DNA from: Armatimonadota bacterium
GTDB lineage: Bacteria > Armatimonadota > SYMT01
Assembly (NCBI GenBank): GCA_046292385.1
Contig: JBKBRF010000066.1
Span: forward strand, 1-30,234
DNA: 30,234 nucleotides
Direction: 5' to 3'
Shown in pieces: positions 1 through 8,567 of this stretch. The notes under the pieces were generated by a model. The model did no database searches, was not told where the DNA came from, and saw nothing but the letters and a program-made list of their open reading frames with translations. A program made the position numbers and the translations under genes. How positions within the stretch are numbered: position 1 is the stretch's first letter; every line of letters starts with the position of its first letter.

Positions 1-120
1 TAGCGTTTGCGTGTCTTGTTCATCATGGCAGAGGGCGCCCAGCGCGTTCGCAGCGACTGCGGCGTACCTCAGCTTAGTCACAGAATAGAACGACTGTTTT
101 CTAGAGTTCCGTACACCCTC
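1..120 (-). mobile_element. Left end of a probable IS5-family (IS1031-like) insertion sequence, with the transposase N-terminus running off the window
   Basis: The minus strand reads GAGGGTGTACGGAACTC (120-104), which resembles IS1031-group terminal repeats. It is flanked by TTA/TAA (121-123), matching the TWA target. An ORF from ATG 26/23 reads MMNKTRKR followed by TA, like the RKRYPSD start of these transposases. Only 8 codons are visible. Confidence 0.6.
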
Positions 121-121
121 T

Positions 122-236
122 AAGAGCCCTCCTGCGGGTGATGTGACTGTGGTGGTCAGCATCTTCCCACAGAGAGGGCTCTTCTCACCTGCGCTGAGCC
201 ACCCCCGAAATTCGGGATGACTCATGACTCCATACA
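122..236 (-). other. Two imperfect hairpins, possibly the leader or end of a second element interrupted by the IS
   Basis: AAGAGCCCTC (122-131) pairs with GAGGGCTCTT (174-183), with extended imperfect inner pairing. TGAGCCACCCCCGAAATTCGGGATGACTCA (195-224) is a near palindrome. Confidence 0.5.
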
Positions 237-360
237 CCGGCCCGCGAGCTGGTCCCGCCTCGCCCGCGCGGCGAAATCCCGGTCCGCAGCTCTCCGCCCG
301 AGCCTCCGTTCAGAGCCACGCTGCCCCGCGAAGAAATCGCACCCTAACCGGAGGGTTCGG

Positions 361-407
361 CTTTAGCCTTTAGCCTTTAGCCTTTAGCCTTTAGCCTTTA
401 GCCTTTA
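361..407. repeat. Heptamer tandem repeat (CTTTAGC)6 plus a partial copy
   Basis: Six exact copies plus CTTTA, read directly from the sequence just downstream of moaA. Confidence 0.97.
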
Positions 408-434
408 AGGGCCTGTAACGGCCTGCAACGCCTT

Positions 435-1490
435 CTATCCGCCTATCTGGCTCATGTTTCTCGCGGGCGGGGTGAAGTCGGCCTGGTGGATCAGGTGGCC
501 GGCCCACTTGGCGCGGACCGTCTCCACGAAGAGCCACCCGAGCTCCTCGTCGCTGGCGCCGGCGCGGAGGGGGTTCTTGAGGTCGGTCTCCTCGACGGAG
601 AAGAGGCAGTAGCGCAGCTTTCCGTCCGCGGTGATCCGGATGCGGTTGCAGCTCGCGCAGAACGGCTCGGTGACGGTGGGAATGATGCCGATCTCCCCCC
701 GCCCGTCTGCGAAGCGGTAGACCGTGGCGGGATCGGAGGAGCCGGGCTGGCTCGCTCGCTCCAGCGGGTAGACGGCGGAGATCGTCTCCAGGATCTCGGC
801 GGAGCCGAGCACGCGGGAGCGGTCCCACGCGCCGTCGCCGTCGAGCGGCATGAACTCGATGAAGCGGACCTGGTACTGCCGGTCCCGGGCCAGCTCCGCG
901 AACCGGATCAGCTCCCCTTCTGTGTAGCCGCGCATCGCGACCGCGTTCACCTTGATCGGCGCGAAGCCGACTCGCGACGCCGCTTCCAGGCCCCGGAGCA
1001 CGGCATCCAGCAGCGGACGGCGCGTCAGCTCCGCGAACTTGGTCGGATCGAGGCTGTCCAGGCTCACGTTGAGGCGGCGAAGCCCGGCGTCCCACAGCTC
1101 ACTCGCCATATGCTCCAGGCGCGCGCCGTTGGTGGTGAGGCTCAGGTCCCGCAGCGTCCCCAGCTCCAGGAGGCCGCGGACCAGCACCGGCAGATCCCGT
1201 CGGACCAGCGGCTCGCCGCCGGTGAGCCGGATCTTGTCCACCCCCAGGGTGCACGCCACGCGGGAGAGGCGGATGATCTCCTCGTACGTGAGCACCCGCT
1301 CCTTCGGGTAGAACTCCATCTCCTCCGGCATGCAGTAGACGCAGCGGAAGTTGCACCGGTCGGTGATGGAGATCCGGAGGTTGGTGTGGACGCGCCCGAA
1401 GCCGTCGACCAGCCGGGACGGCAGTGGCCCACGTGCCGCCGCCCGCACGGGGGCGGCTCCAAGCTCCGTGATCGGAATGAGAGAGGACAT
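435..1490 (-). CDS. moaA: GTP 3',8-cyclase (molybdenum cofactor biosynthesis radical SAM enzyme)
   Basis: Motifs LRISITDRCNFRCVYCMP (CxxxCxxC), RLTGGEPL, FCASCNRIRITADG and C-terminal MSQIGG. Start placed at ATG 1490 because the longer ORF extends into a repeat. Confidence 0.96.
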   Translation of the reverse strand: MSSLIPITELGAAPVRAAARGPLPSRLVDGFGRVHTNLRISITDRCNFRCVYCMPEEMEFYPKERVLTYEEIIRLSRVACTLGVDKIRLTGGEPLVRRDLPVLVRGLLELGTLRDLSLTTNGARLEHMASELWDAGLRRLNVSLDSLDPTKFAELTRRPLLDAVLRGLEAASRVGFAPIKVNAVAMRGYTEGELIRFAELARDRQYQVRFIEFMPLDGDGAWDRSRVLGSAEILETISAVYPLERASQPGSSDPATVYRFADGRGEIGIIPTVTEPFCASCNRIRITADGKLRYCLFSVEETDLKNPLRAGASDEELGWLFVETVRAKWAGHLIHQADFTPPARNMSQIGG

Positions 1491-1530
1491 ACCGTGCCGG
1501 TCCGCCGTCAGGCCGGGATCGCCTGGCGTG

Positions 1531-1610
1531 GTAGGAGTGGGAGAGTGAGAGAGCCGGTGAGCTTGAAAATCTGCTCTCGGGAGCGGGTCTCCCACTCCCC
1601 CACTCTCCTT
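1531..1610. repeat. Short inverted tandem-repeat element upstream of moaA
   Basis: The left arm GTAGGAGTGGGAGAGTGAGAGAG is roughly complementary to the right arm CTCCCACTCCCCCACTCTCC. Confidence 0.6.
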
Positions 1611-1771
1611 TGCTCCCACTCCAGCTCTTCAGAAGTAGCTGGACTGACTATGAGTATAGCGGCGCCTGCCCGCGGGGTGAAGTGCGCCGGTCCGGAGAGA
1701 CTGGTGGGGACCGGCGGCTCAACCCGGTCATCGCGGTGGCGCCGCGCGATCGAGCCGCCGGTCGGTCCGGA

Positions 1772-2254
1772 TCAGTATTCCTCGGTGCCCCAGCCCTTCG
1801 GGACGTTCGGCTCCCGGTCGCCGTAGGTGGTCTGCAGGTAGTTGAGCTGCCCCTGCCAGTAACCGGCGACGGAAGAGACCCAGTAGAGGAACGACTCGAC
1901 CGGGACCTCGGTCCGCCAGGGCACCGGCATCGTCCGCTGCAGGTCTTCGTCGGTCAGGTTCCGCACCACGTCGGCCAGGGCGTCGAACGCGTCTCCCAGC
2001 CGCTGCTTGGCGCTCTCGCGGTCCGGGGAGGCCGGCGGAAACTCGCGCGACTCCGGCATCGCGCCATTCTTCAGCGCGTAGCCGACAAAGCCAAAGAACC
2101 CGGCACAGCTATCGGCGATCTGGAGCGGCGTTTTGGCTCCCTCACCGGGGCTCCAGTTCAGGCGCTCGTCCGGGACACAGTCGAGGCCGTGCACGAAGCG
2201 CGACCTGGCCATCGCCAGGTACTTGAGCAGATACTGCACGTCAGCGCTGGGCAT
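1772..2254 (-). CDS. DinB/YfiT-family four-helix protein lacking the His triad
   Basis: VPDERLNWSP..KTPLQI, LTDEDLQR and YWQGQLNYL follow the DinB_2 pattern. RBS AGAAGGA lies upstream. Confidence 0.8.
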   Translation of the reverse strand: MPSADVQYLLKYLAMARSRFVHGLDCVPDERLNWSPGEGAKTPLQIADSCAGFFGFVGYALKNGAMPESREFPPASPDRESAKQRLGDAFDALADVVRNLTDEDLQRTMPVPWRTEVPVESFLYWVSSVAGYWQGQLNYLQTTYGDREPNVPKGWGTEEY

Positions 2255-2344
2255 CGTTCGTTTTCCTTCTCCGTCGTCGTTTCACTCGAGGGAGCCGGCA
2301 AGCAGCCACCGGCTCGCTCCGAGATAGCGTAGTCAGGGAGAGCG

Positions 2345-2361
2345 AAAAACGCGCCGCGCGT
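2345..2361 (-). terminator. Possible weak intrinsic terminator after the dehydrogenase gene
   Basis: Minus strand ACGCG-CGG-CGCGT followed by TTTT, directly after the stop codon. Confidence 0.4.
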
Positions 2362-3225
2362 CTAGGCCGCCGGGTATTCGAAGAAGCCGCGGCCGTTCTT
2401 GCGTCCGAGCCAGCCCGCCTCCACGTACTTCTTCAGGATCGGAGCCGGGTGGAAGCGCGGGTCGCCGAGCTCCCCGTGGAGGACCTGCAGGATCGCCAGG
2501 CAGACGTCGAGGCCGATCAGGTCGGCAAGCTCCAGGGGCCCCATCGGGTGGCCCATCCCGAGCTTGAAGGTCCGATCGATATCCTCCGCCGTGCCGACCC
2601 CCTCTTCCAGCACGTGGAACGCCTCGTTCAGGAGCGGCATCAGGATGCGGTTGGAGAGAAACCCGGGGCGGTCGGCGCTGCGGACCGGCGTCTTTTCGAG
2701 CGTCCGGACCAGCCGCTCCGCGAGGGAGAGCACCTCCGGATCGGTGCGGAGCCCGGAGACCACCTCCACCAGGCGCATCACGGGCGCGGGGTTGAAGAAG
2801 TGGAGGCCGAGCGTCCGTTCCGGGCGGCCGGTGGCGGCGCCGAGACGGGTAATCGAGTTGGAGGAGGTGTTGCTCGCCAGGATCGTCTCCGGCTTGCACA
2901 GTCGCCCCAGCGCGCGCAGGAGGTCCTCTTTCGCGCCCGGGTCCTCCACGATCGCTTCTACCACGAGGTCGCAGCCGTGGAGCGGCGCCAGGTCCGCGCA
3001 CGCCTCCAGGCGCTCCAGCGTCCCGGCGGCGGAGGCGAGCTTTCCCTTCGCCTCCCAGCGCTCCAGTCCGGCGCGGATCTTCTCGACGGCGAACTCACTC
3101 CGCTCCGCGTCCTGGTCGTGCAGGCAGACGGGGTAGCCGGCGCCGAGAAAGACCTGCGCGATGCCGGCGCCCATCGTCCCGGCGCCGATGATGCCGACCG
3201 TTCCGATCGCTTCTCGTGGCTCCAC
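2362..3225 (-). CDS. hbd: 3-hydroxybutyryl-CoA/3-hydroxyacyl-CoA dehydrogenase
   Basis: Rossmann motif GIIGAGTMGAGIA plus VEAIVE, LASNTSS, GLHFFNP and HPMGPLELADLIGLD. Confidence 0.92.
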   Translation of the reverse strand: MEPREAIGTVGIIGAGTMGAGIAQVFLGAGYPVCLHDQDAERSEFAVEKIRAGLERWEAKGKLASAAGTLERLEACADLAPLHGCDLVVEAIVEDPGAKEDLLRALGRLCKPETILASNTSSNSITRLGAATGRPERTLGLHFFNPAPVMRLVEVVSGLRTDPEVLSLAERLVRTLEKTPVRSADRPGFLSNRILMPLLNEAFHVLEEGVGTAEDIDRTFKLGMGHPMGPLELADLIGLDVCLAILQVLHGELGDPRFHPAPILKKYVEAGWLGRKNGRGFFEYPAA

Positions 3226-3229
3226 GGCT

Positions 3230-4414
3230 CTACTCCGGTCTCTCGACGGCCATCGCGACCGCTTCCCCGCCGCCCAGGCAGAGCGCCGCCACGCCGCGGC
3301 GCAGTCCGCGGCGCTGCAGCGCGTGGAGCAGGGTGACCAGGATGCGGCAGCCGGTCGCGCCGATCGGGTGGCCCAGGGCGATCGCGCCGCCGTGCACGTT
3401 CAGCCGCTCCGGATCGATCCCCAGCCGGTCCTGGAGCGCCACCACCGCCGAGGCGAACGGCTCGTTCAGCTCGTACAGCTCGGCCTCATCCCACCCGGCG
3501 CGCTCCAGGCACCGCCGCACGGCATCCTCCGGCGCCAGCATCACCCACTCCGGCTCCCGGCTGTGCGTGGCGACGGCCGCGATCCGGGCGAGCGGCGGGA
3601 GCCCGCGGCGGGCCGCTTCCTCCTCCGCCATCACGCAGACGGCGGCCGCACCGTCCGCCAGCTTGCTCGCGTTCCCGGCGGTCACCGTGCCGGTCTCCTC
3701 GAAGGCGGGCGAGAGCGCCGCCAGGGCCTCGCGCGTCGTCTCTCGCGGCACCTCGTCCCGCTCCACGCGGGCCGCTCCCTTCCGGCTGCGGACCTCCACC
3801 CCCACGATCTCCGCGTCGAAGGCGTCGCCGGCCTGGGCGGCCAGCGCGCGGCGGTAGCTCCGCTCCGCGAGCTCGTCCTGGCGCTCGCGCGAGACTCCCG
3901 CCTCCCGGGCGCAGAGCTCGCCGGTAGAGCCCATGTGGTAGTCGTGGTAGACGTCCCACAGGCCGTCCCGGATCAGCGAGTCGACCAGCTCCCCATGGCC
4001 CAACCGGTAGCCCTGCCGCGCCCGCGTGAGCAGGTAGGGAGCATTCGACATGCTCTCCATCCCGCCGGCAACGACGATCCGCGCGTCGCCGGCCCGCACA
4101 GCCTGGTCGGCCAGCATCACCGCTTTCAGGCCGGAGCCGCAGACCTTGTTCACGGTCAGCGCCCCGACGCTCGGCGGCAGCCCGCCGCGGATCGCCGCCT
4201 GCCGCGCGGGGGCCTGCCCCAGCCCGGCGGAGAGGACGCTGCCGAGGATCACCTCGTCCACCACCTCGGGCGATTCCGCCAGCCCGGCGCGGCGCAGCGC
4301 TTCCCGCAGGACCACCGCGCCGAGCTCCGGCGCCGGAAGCGCGCTCAGGCCGCCCTGGAACGCGCCGATCGGGGTCCGGCACGCGCTCACGATGACGGCC
4401 CGGCGGTCAGGCAT
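3230..4414 (-). CDS. Acetyl-CoA C-acetyltransferase (thiolase)
   Basis: Motifs RTPIG, NKVCGSG (catalytic Cys), GGMESMS, NEPF, GHPIGATG and LCLGGG. The start overlaps the E2 stop. Confidence 0.95.
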   Translation of the reverse strand: MPDRRAVIVSACRTPIGAFQGGLSALPAPELGAVVLREALRRAGLAESPEVVDEVILGSVLSAGLGQAPARQAAIRGGLPPSVGALTVNKVCGSGLKAVMLADQAVRAGDARIVVAGGMESMSNAPYLLTRARQGYRLGHGELVDSLIRDGLWDVYHDYHMGSTGELCAREAGVSRERQDELAERSYRRALAAQAGDAFDAEIVGVEVRSRKGAARVERDEVPRETTREALAALSPAFEETGTVTAGNASKLADGAAAVCVMAEEEAARRGLPPLARIAAVATHSREPEWVMLAPEDAVRRCLERAGWDEAELYELNEPFASAVVALQDRLGIDPERLNVHGGAIALGHPIGATGCRILVTLLHALQRRGLRRGVAALCLGGGEAVAMAVERPE

Positions 4415-5645
4415 CGCGCAGCTCCGCCAACCAGAAGAGCATCAACGCCGGGTCCTCCAGGTAGGTGCGCAGCGTCCGGATGAACGCCGCGCCCGCGAAG
4501 CCGTCGACGTAGCGGTGGTCCAGCGTCAGCGAGAGATTCCCCATCTGCCGCTGGACGATCTCCCCCTCCCGCACCACGGGGCGCGGGGTGATCTTGTGGA
4601 CACCCAGGATGCAGACCTGCGGCGTGTTGAGCATCGGCGTCGCCATGATCCCGCCGAGCGGGCCGAGGCTGGTGATCGAAAAGGTCCCGCCCTGCGTCTC
4701 CTCGCGACTGAGCGAGCCCTGGCGGGCGGCTGCCGCCAGGCGCTCGATCTCGCGTGCCAGGTCGAGCAGGTTCCGCCGCTCCACGTGGTGCAGCACCGGC
4801 ACGACCAGTCCCTCTTCCGTATTCACCGCGACCCCGAGGTGCTGCGCCTCCGAGATCACCAGGTCTCCGGACTCCGGATCGGCCGTGGCGTTCAGCTCCG
4901 GGTGCTCCTTGAGCGCCCTGCTGACCGCGGCGATCAGGAACGGGAGGTAGGTCATCCGGGCGCCCGCCTTCTCCGCCAGCGGCTGCACGCGCTCCTTCAG
5001 GCTCACCAGGTCGGTGAAGTCGACTTCCTCCACGTAGGTGTAGGGCGCCGTGGTGCGGTGCGACTCGAGCAGGTGCTCGGCGATCCGGCGGCGCAGGCCG
5101 CGCAGGGGGACCCGCCGCGTCGTGCCGGGGGCGGCCGGCACCGCGGCGCCTCCGGCCGCGGCGCGGACGTCGGCTTCGGTGATGCGGCCCTCGGGACCGC
5201 TCCCTCGGACCGCGTGCAGGTCGAGACCCAGCTCGCGGGCCAGGCGGCGGACGGCGGGTACCGCCAGCGGGATGCCGCCGTTCCCCTGCGCCGGCGCGGG
5301 CTCGGGCGCGGCGGTCTTCACCTCCGGAGCGGTGGCGACCAGCGGGGCTTCGTGGACGACCGGCTCGGCGCCGGAGCCCGGTGCCTGCCCCGCCCCTTCC
5401 GGCTCGGCTTCCGTCTCGATCTCCACGAGGACGGAGCCGACCGGTACCACGTCGCCCGGCTCCCCAAGGCAGCGCTGCACCGTTCCCGCCACCGGAGAGG
5501 GCAGCTCCGCCGTCACCTTGTCGGTCATCACCTCTACCAGCGGCTGCTCCGGCTGGACGGTCTCGCCCGCCTGCACCAGCCACCGGATGATCTCACCCTC
5601 CTGGACTCCCTCTCCCAGGTCCGCGAGCCTGAACTCAAAAGGCAT
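4407..5645 (-). CDS. Dihydrolipoamide acyltransferase (E2) of a 2-oxoacid dehydrogenase complex, probably branched-chain type
   Basis: Lipoyl domain EVMTDKVTAE, E3-binding domain AVPAVRRLARE..GSGPEGRI and catalytic DHRYVDG. Start placed at ATG 5645 (MPFEFRL). Confidence 0.93.
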   Translation of the reverse strand: MPFEFRLADLGEGVQEGEIIRWLVQAGETVQPEQPLVEVMTDKVTAELPSPVAGTVQRCLGEPGDVVPVGSVLVEIETEAEPEGAGQAPGSGAEPVVHEAPLVATAPEVKTAAPEPAPAQGNGGIPLAVPAVRRLARELGLDLHAVRGSGPEGRITEADVRAAAGGAAVPAAPGTTRRVPLRGLRRRIAEHLLESHRTTAPYTYVEEVDFTDLVSLKERVQPLAEKAGARMTYLPFLIAAVSRALKEHPELNATADPESGDLVISEAQHLGVAVNTEEGLVVPVLHHVERRNLLDLAREIERLAAAARQGSLSREETQGGTFSITSLGPLGGIMATPMLNTPQVCILGVHKITPRPVVREGEIVQRQMGNLSLTLDHRYVDGFAGAAFIRTLRTYLEDPALMLFWLAELRDA

Positions 5646-5779
5646 CCCAATCTCCGCAGGCATCCCGTCGCTCGGCCGGCTCAGCCCCGGGCTGGTCTCA
5701 TGGACCGCCCCGGGCTAGCTGCACGTTCCGTGACGGGGACCGACTCTCCTGGCAGCCGGCGCGCCGGGCCCGTGGAGAA

Positions 5780-7402
5780 TCAGTTTCCGTTCTGATCTGC
5801 CGCCGGCTCCGACTTGCGCATGTAGATGCCGCCGAGGGGGAACCGCGCGGTGCCGCGATCGAAGTTCTCCAGCGTGAGCGTGGCGACGCGCACGTCGGAC
5901 TCGAGCAGCGGCTGCGAGATCATATCCTCATCGTCGAGCGCAACGATCAAGTTGCGCCCTTCTCGACGCAGGGTGAGCTTGAATCCCCGGCGGAAACCGG
6001 GGCCGTCCGGATCGAGCTGCTTGCCGTCGATCAGGCGGACCTTGCCTCCCTTCTCCCGCCCCTGGATCGTTACCCACGGCGCGCCGTTGTAGATCACGTT
6101 GCCCCGGTAGAGGCTGCCGTCCGCCATGTCGAGCGTGATTCCCACGCCCTTTCGGCGCGAGCGCCAGTCCGGCTCCGGGCGCACGGTGACGGTGACCAGG
6201 AAATCGTCGCCCGCCGGGCGAGCCAGGGTCACGGAGACGGGAGAGCGGACCTGCTCGATGGCGAAGGTCTTGGTGCGGTGCAGCAGCACCGGATCCCCCA
6301 GCTCCCGCGGCGCCGGCAGCGGCTCCGGCCGCCCGTTTACCGGCGGCATCGGCGGCACCACCGCCGGCTCCGGCTGGGCCACCACCGGCTGCGCCGGCTC
6401 CGGCTTGGGCAGCACGGCGGCCACCTGCACCACCGGGCGGGTCCAGGCCGTTCCCTGCACCCGCAGGCCCTGCCGCTCCGGCTCCCAGATCGACTTCATG
6501 CCGGTGCCGTCGGCGTTCATCACCGCGAGCCGCGAAAGGCCGGCGTCGGAGCCGGGATCCGCGGCGGTGCGGAACAGGATCTGCTTGCCGTCCGGCGACC
6601 ACGACCCGAAGGCGGCGTTGGGGAGCGCCTTCCCCCGCGGGACTTCCTGCGGCTCCGGGCGAGCCAGGTCGAGCGTGTAGAGCGAGTAGCCGGCACGGCT
6701 GGAAGTCGAGAAGAGGAGACGGCTCGCGTCCGGCGCCCACTCGAGGGAGACCACCTGCCCGTACGATTCCGGCAGCGTGAGGCGCAGGCGCGGCTCGAGG
6801 GTGTCGACCGGCATCACCTGGAGCTGCCAGCGGTCCCGGCCCTCCACGATCGCCGGCGCGATGACCGCGAGCTGCTTCTCATCCGGCGACCATCTCCCCA
6901 GCGAGCCGCGCGTGAGCGGCTTCAGCCCCTGGTCCTTCTCGGTGCCGTCCGCGCGGATCGCGTAGACGAAGTAGTCGTTCATCTCCCGGCGGGAGAAGAG
7001 GATCCGCTGTCCGTCCCGCGACCACTGCGGATTACCTCCCACCGCCAGCGGCCGGGTGTCTCCCGACTTGAGCGAGAGCACTACCACCCGCTCCAGGCCG
7101 AGGCGGTCGGTGCTCTGATAGGCGATCTGCTCTCCGTTCGGAGAGAACGCCGGCGCCCGGTCCCGGCTGGCGCCGCTGGTGACGGCGCGCGCCCCGGAGC
7201 CGTCCGGGTTCGCCACGAAGAGGCGGCTGCCGAGCCCGCCCGCGGCGTCCTCCACCGCAAACGCGATTCGCCCCGCGGGCGCCTCGCCCTGCGCGGCCAC
7301 CGCTCCGGCGCCGGCTGCGGCCAGCGCCGCCAGAACCCAGGCCCGCGCAGCGGCGCGCAGTAAGCCGCGCATCAGGGGGGGAAGGGGGTAGTACAGCTTC
7401 AT
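5780..7402 (-). CDS. Exported TolB-like beta-propeller (PD40 repeat) protein with a Pro-rich linker and an unknown C-terminal domain
   Basis: Signal-peptide-like N-terminus and repeated PAFSPNG, PQWSRDG, WSPDE, WAPDA and WSPDG motifs. RBS GGAAGG precedes ATG 7402. Confidence 0.82.
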   Translation of the reverse strand: MKLYYPLPPLMRGLLRAAARAWVLAALAAAGAGAVAAQGEAPAGRIAFAVEDAAGGLGSRLFVANPDGSGARAVTSGASRDRAPAFSPNGEQIAYQSTDRLGLERVVVLSLKSGDTRPLAVGGNPQWSRDGQRILFSRREMNDYFVYAIRADGTEKDQGLKPLTRGSLGRWSPDEKQLAVIAPAIVEGRDRWQLQVMPVDTLEPRLRLTLPESYGQVVSLEWAPDASRLLFSTSSRAGYSLYTLDLARPEPQEVPRGKALPNAAFGSWSPDGKQILFRTAADPGSDAGLSRLAVMNADGTGMKSIWEPERQGLRVQGTAWTRPVVQVAAVLPKPEPAQPVVAQPEPAVVPPMPPVNGRPEPLPAPRELGDPVLLHRTKTFAIEQVRSPVSVTLARPAGDDFLVTVTVRPEPDWRSRRKGVGITLDMADGSLYRGNVIYNGAPWVTIQGREKGGKVRLIDGKQLDPDGPGFRRGFKLTLRREGRNLIVALDDEDMISQPLLESDVRVATLTLENFDRGTARFPLGGIYMRKSEPAADQNGN

Positions 7403-7542
7403 CACGAATCTTTCCTTCCGGTCGCCAGCCGGCGCAGCCGAAGGGGAGCGGCACGGTAGGCGCGCTTCCCCGCAGCATAGACGCTCGCGAATCGCGACCG
7501 TTACATTACCTCGCGCCGATCCTGCGCAAACGCAACCACCCG

Positions 7543-8379
7543 CTACGCCTCCGGACGAGACCGCAGCGCGCCGAGATGGCGCCGGAGCGCCGGAACGTCC
7601 GGCCCCTCCGGACAGCGCTCGACATACGTCTCCAGGTGCTCCGCCGCTCGCTCCCGGTCGCCGGCGCGCAGGTAGAGCAGCGCCAGGTCCCGCTGGTGCA
7701 GAGGGTTGGAGGAGTCGATCCGGGCGACGAGCTCCGTTGTCCGCGCTGCCTCCTCGTACCGCTGCTCCCGCACGTGCAGCATGCGGATGTTGTTCAGCAT
7801 CCGGACGACCACGCCGGCCGGATCTGCCGGCTCCAGCACCCCGGCGGGGGGCGGCGGCTCCTCCCCGGTGGCAAGCCTCCACCGCTCCCCCAGCTCTTCC
7901 GGCCCCAGGAGCAGCCCGTCGAACGGATCGAGGACCGCCGTCTCCGCAGCGGACGCGGCCGCCACCAGGAAGTGGGCCGGGAAGTTGACCGGATAGACGC
8001 TCCACTCGAGACGCCGGCTCACCCCGAGCACGACCGCGGCGAGACTGATCGGGATGCCGCGCCGCCGCTCGAGCACCTGGCTCAGCAGGCTGTTCGACAG
8101 ATCGTAGTACAGCTCCCGGTCGCCCCGCAGGCCGCCGTCCTCGTAGAGCGCCCGTCCCAGCGCGGCGAGCCGCTCACGCGGCCCGGGAGCGTCCGGCGCG
8201 TGGATCGCTGCCGCAGCCGCCAGCTCGTTCAGCACGCGGCGGCTCGGCCCGGGATCAAGCGAGCTGCACTCGAACGCTTCCACCCGCAGCGCCGCCTCGT
8301 CGTAGGGGAACGGCGACGGCCGGTCGCGGAGAAGCTGCAGCAGCTCCTCGCGGGCAGCCTCGGCGGAGAGGAGCGACAA
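7543..8379 (-). CDS. SirB1-family (transglutaminase-like core plus TPR) protein
   Basis: GLRGDRELYYDLSNSLLSQVLERRRGIPISL, VNFPAHFLV, DPFDG, RMLNNI and a C-terminal TPR-like segment. Confidence 0.88.
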   Translation of the reverse strand: MSLLSAEAAREELLQLLRDRPSPFPYDEAALRVEAFECSSLDPGPSRRVLNELAAAAAIHAPDAPGPRERLAALGRALYEDGGLRGDRELYYDLSNSLLSQVLERRRGIPISLAAVVLGVSRRLEWSVYPVNFPAHFLVAAASAAETAVLDPFDGLLLGPEELGERWRLATGEEPPPPAGVLEPADPAGVVVRMLNNIRMLHVREQRYEEAARTTELVARIDSSNPLHQRDLALLYLRAGDRERAAEHLETYVERCPEGPDVPALRRHLGALRSRPEA

Positions 8380-8385
8380 CGGGAT

Positions 8386-8490
8386 CTACTTCCGGGAAGT
8401 GGTCCGCGCCTGTTCCGGCTTTCGGGCCTTGACTGCCTGCTTGCGGCGGTGCCGGCGGCGGCGCAGCTCGCGCTTGCGTTCAGATGCCAT
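8386..8490 (-). CDS. Small highly basic protein, 34 aa (MASERKRELRRRRHRRKQAVKARKPEQARTTSRK), resembling DUF6800-type peptides
   Basis: A strong RBS (TAAGGAG) lies 5 nt before ATG 8490. The stop at 8386 is 6 nt before the sirB1-like start. It is below the ORF track cutoff. Confidence 0.75.
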   Translation of the reverse strand: MASERKRELRRRRHRRKQAVKARKPEQARTTSRK

Positions 8491-8567
8491 GAGGTCTCCT
8501 TAGAATCATCCGGCGGCGGCCGGGAGAGCCGGCGCCCTGTGTACTTAACCCGACTGGCGCGAAAGCG

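Noticed and set aside
361..407. Possible CRISPR array in this or the other repeat tracts
   Set aside because: Units are 7-8 nt with no unique spacers, and there are no cas genes in the window.
1491..1771. Moco riboswitch upstream of moaA
   Set aside because: No recognisable Moco consensus; the region holds a simple inverted repeat.
7403..8005. N-terminal extension of the 741-aa ORF
   Set aside because: It overlaps the sirB1-like gene in another frame; the RBS and signal peptide support a start at 7402.
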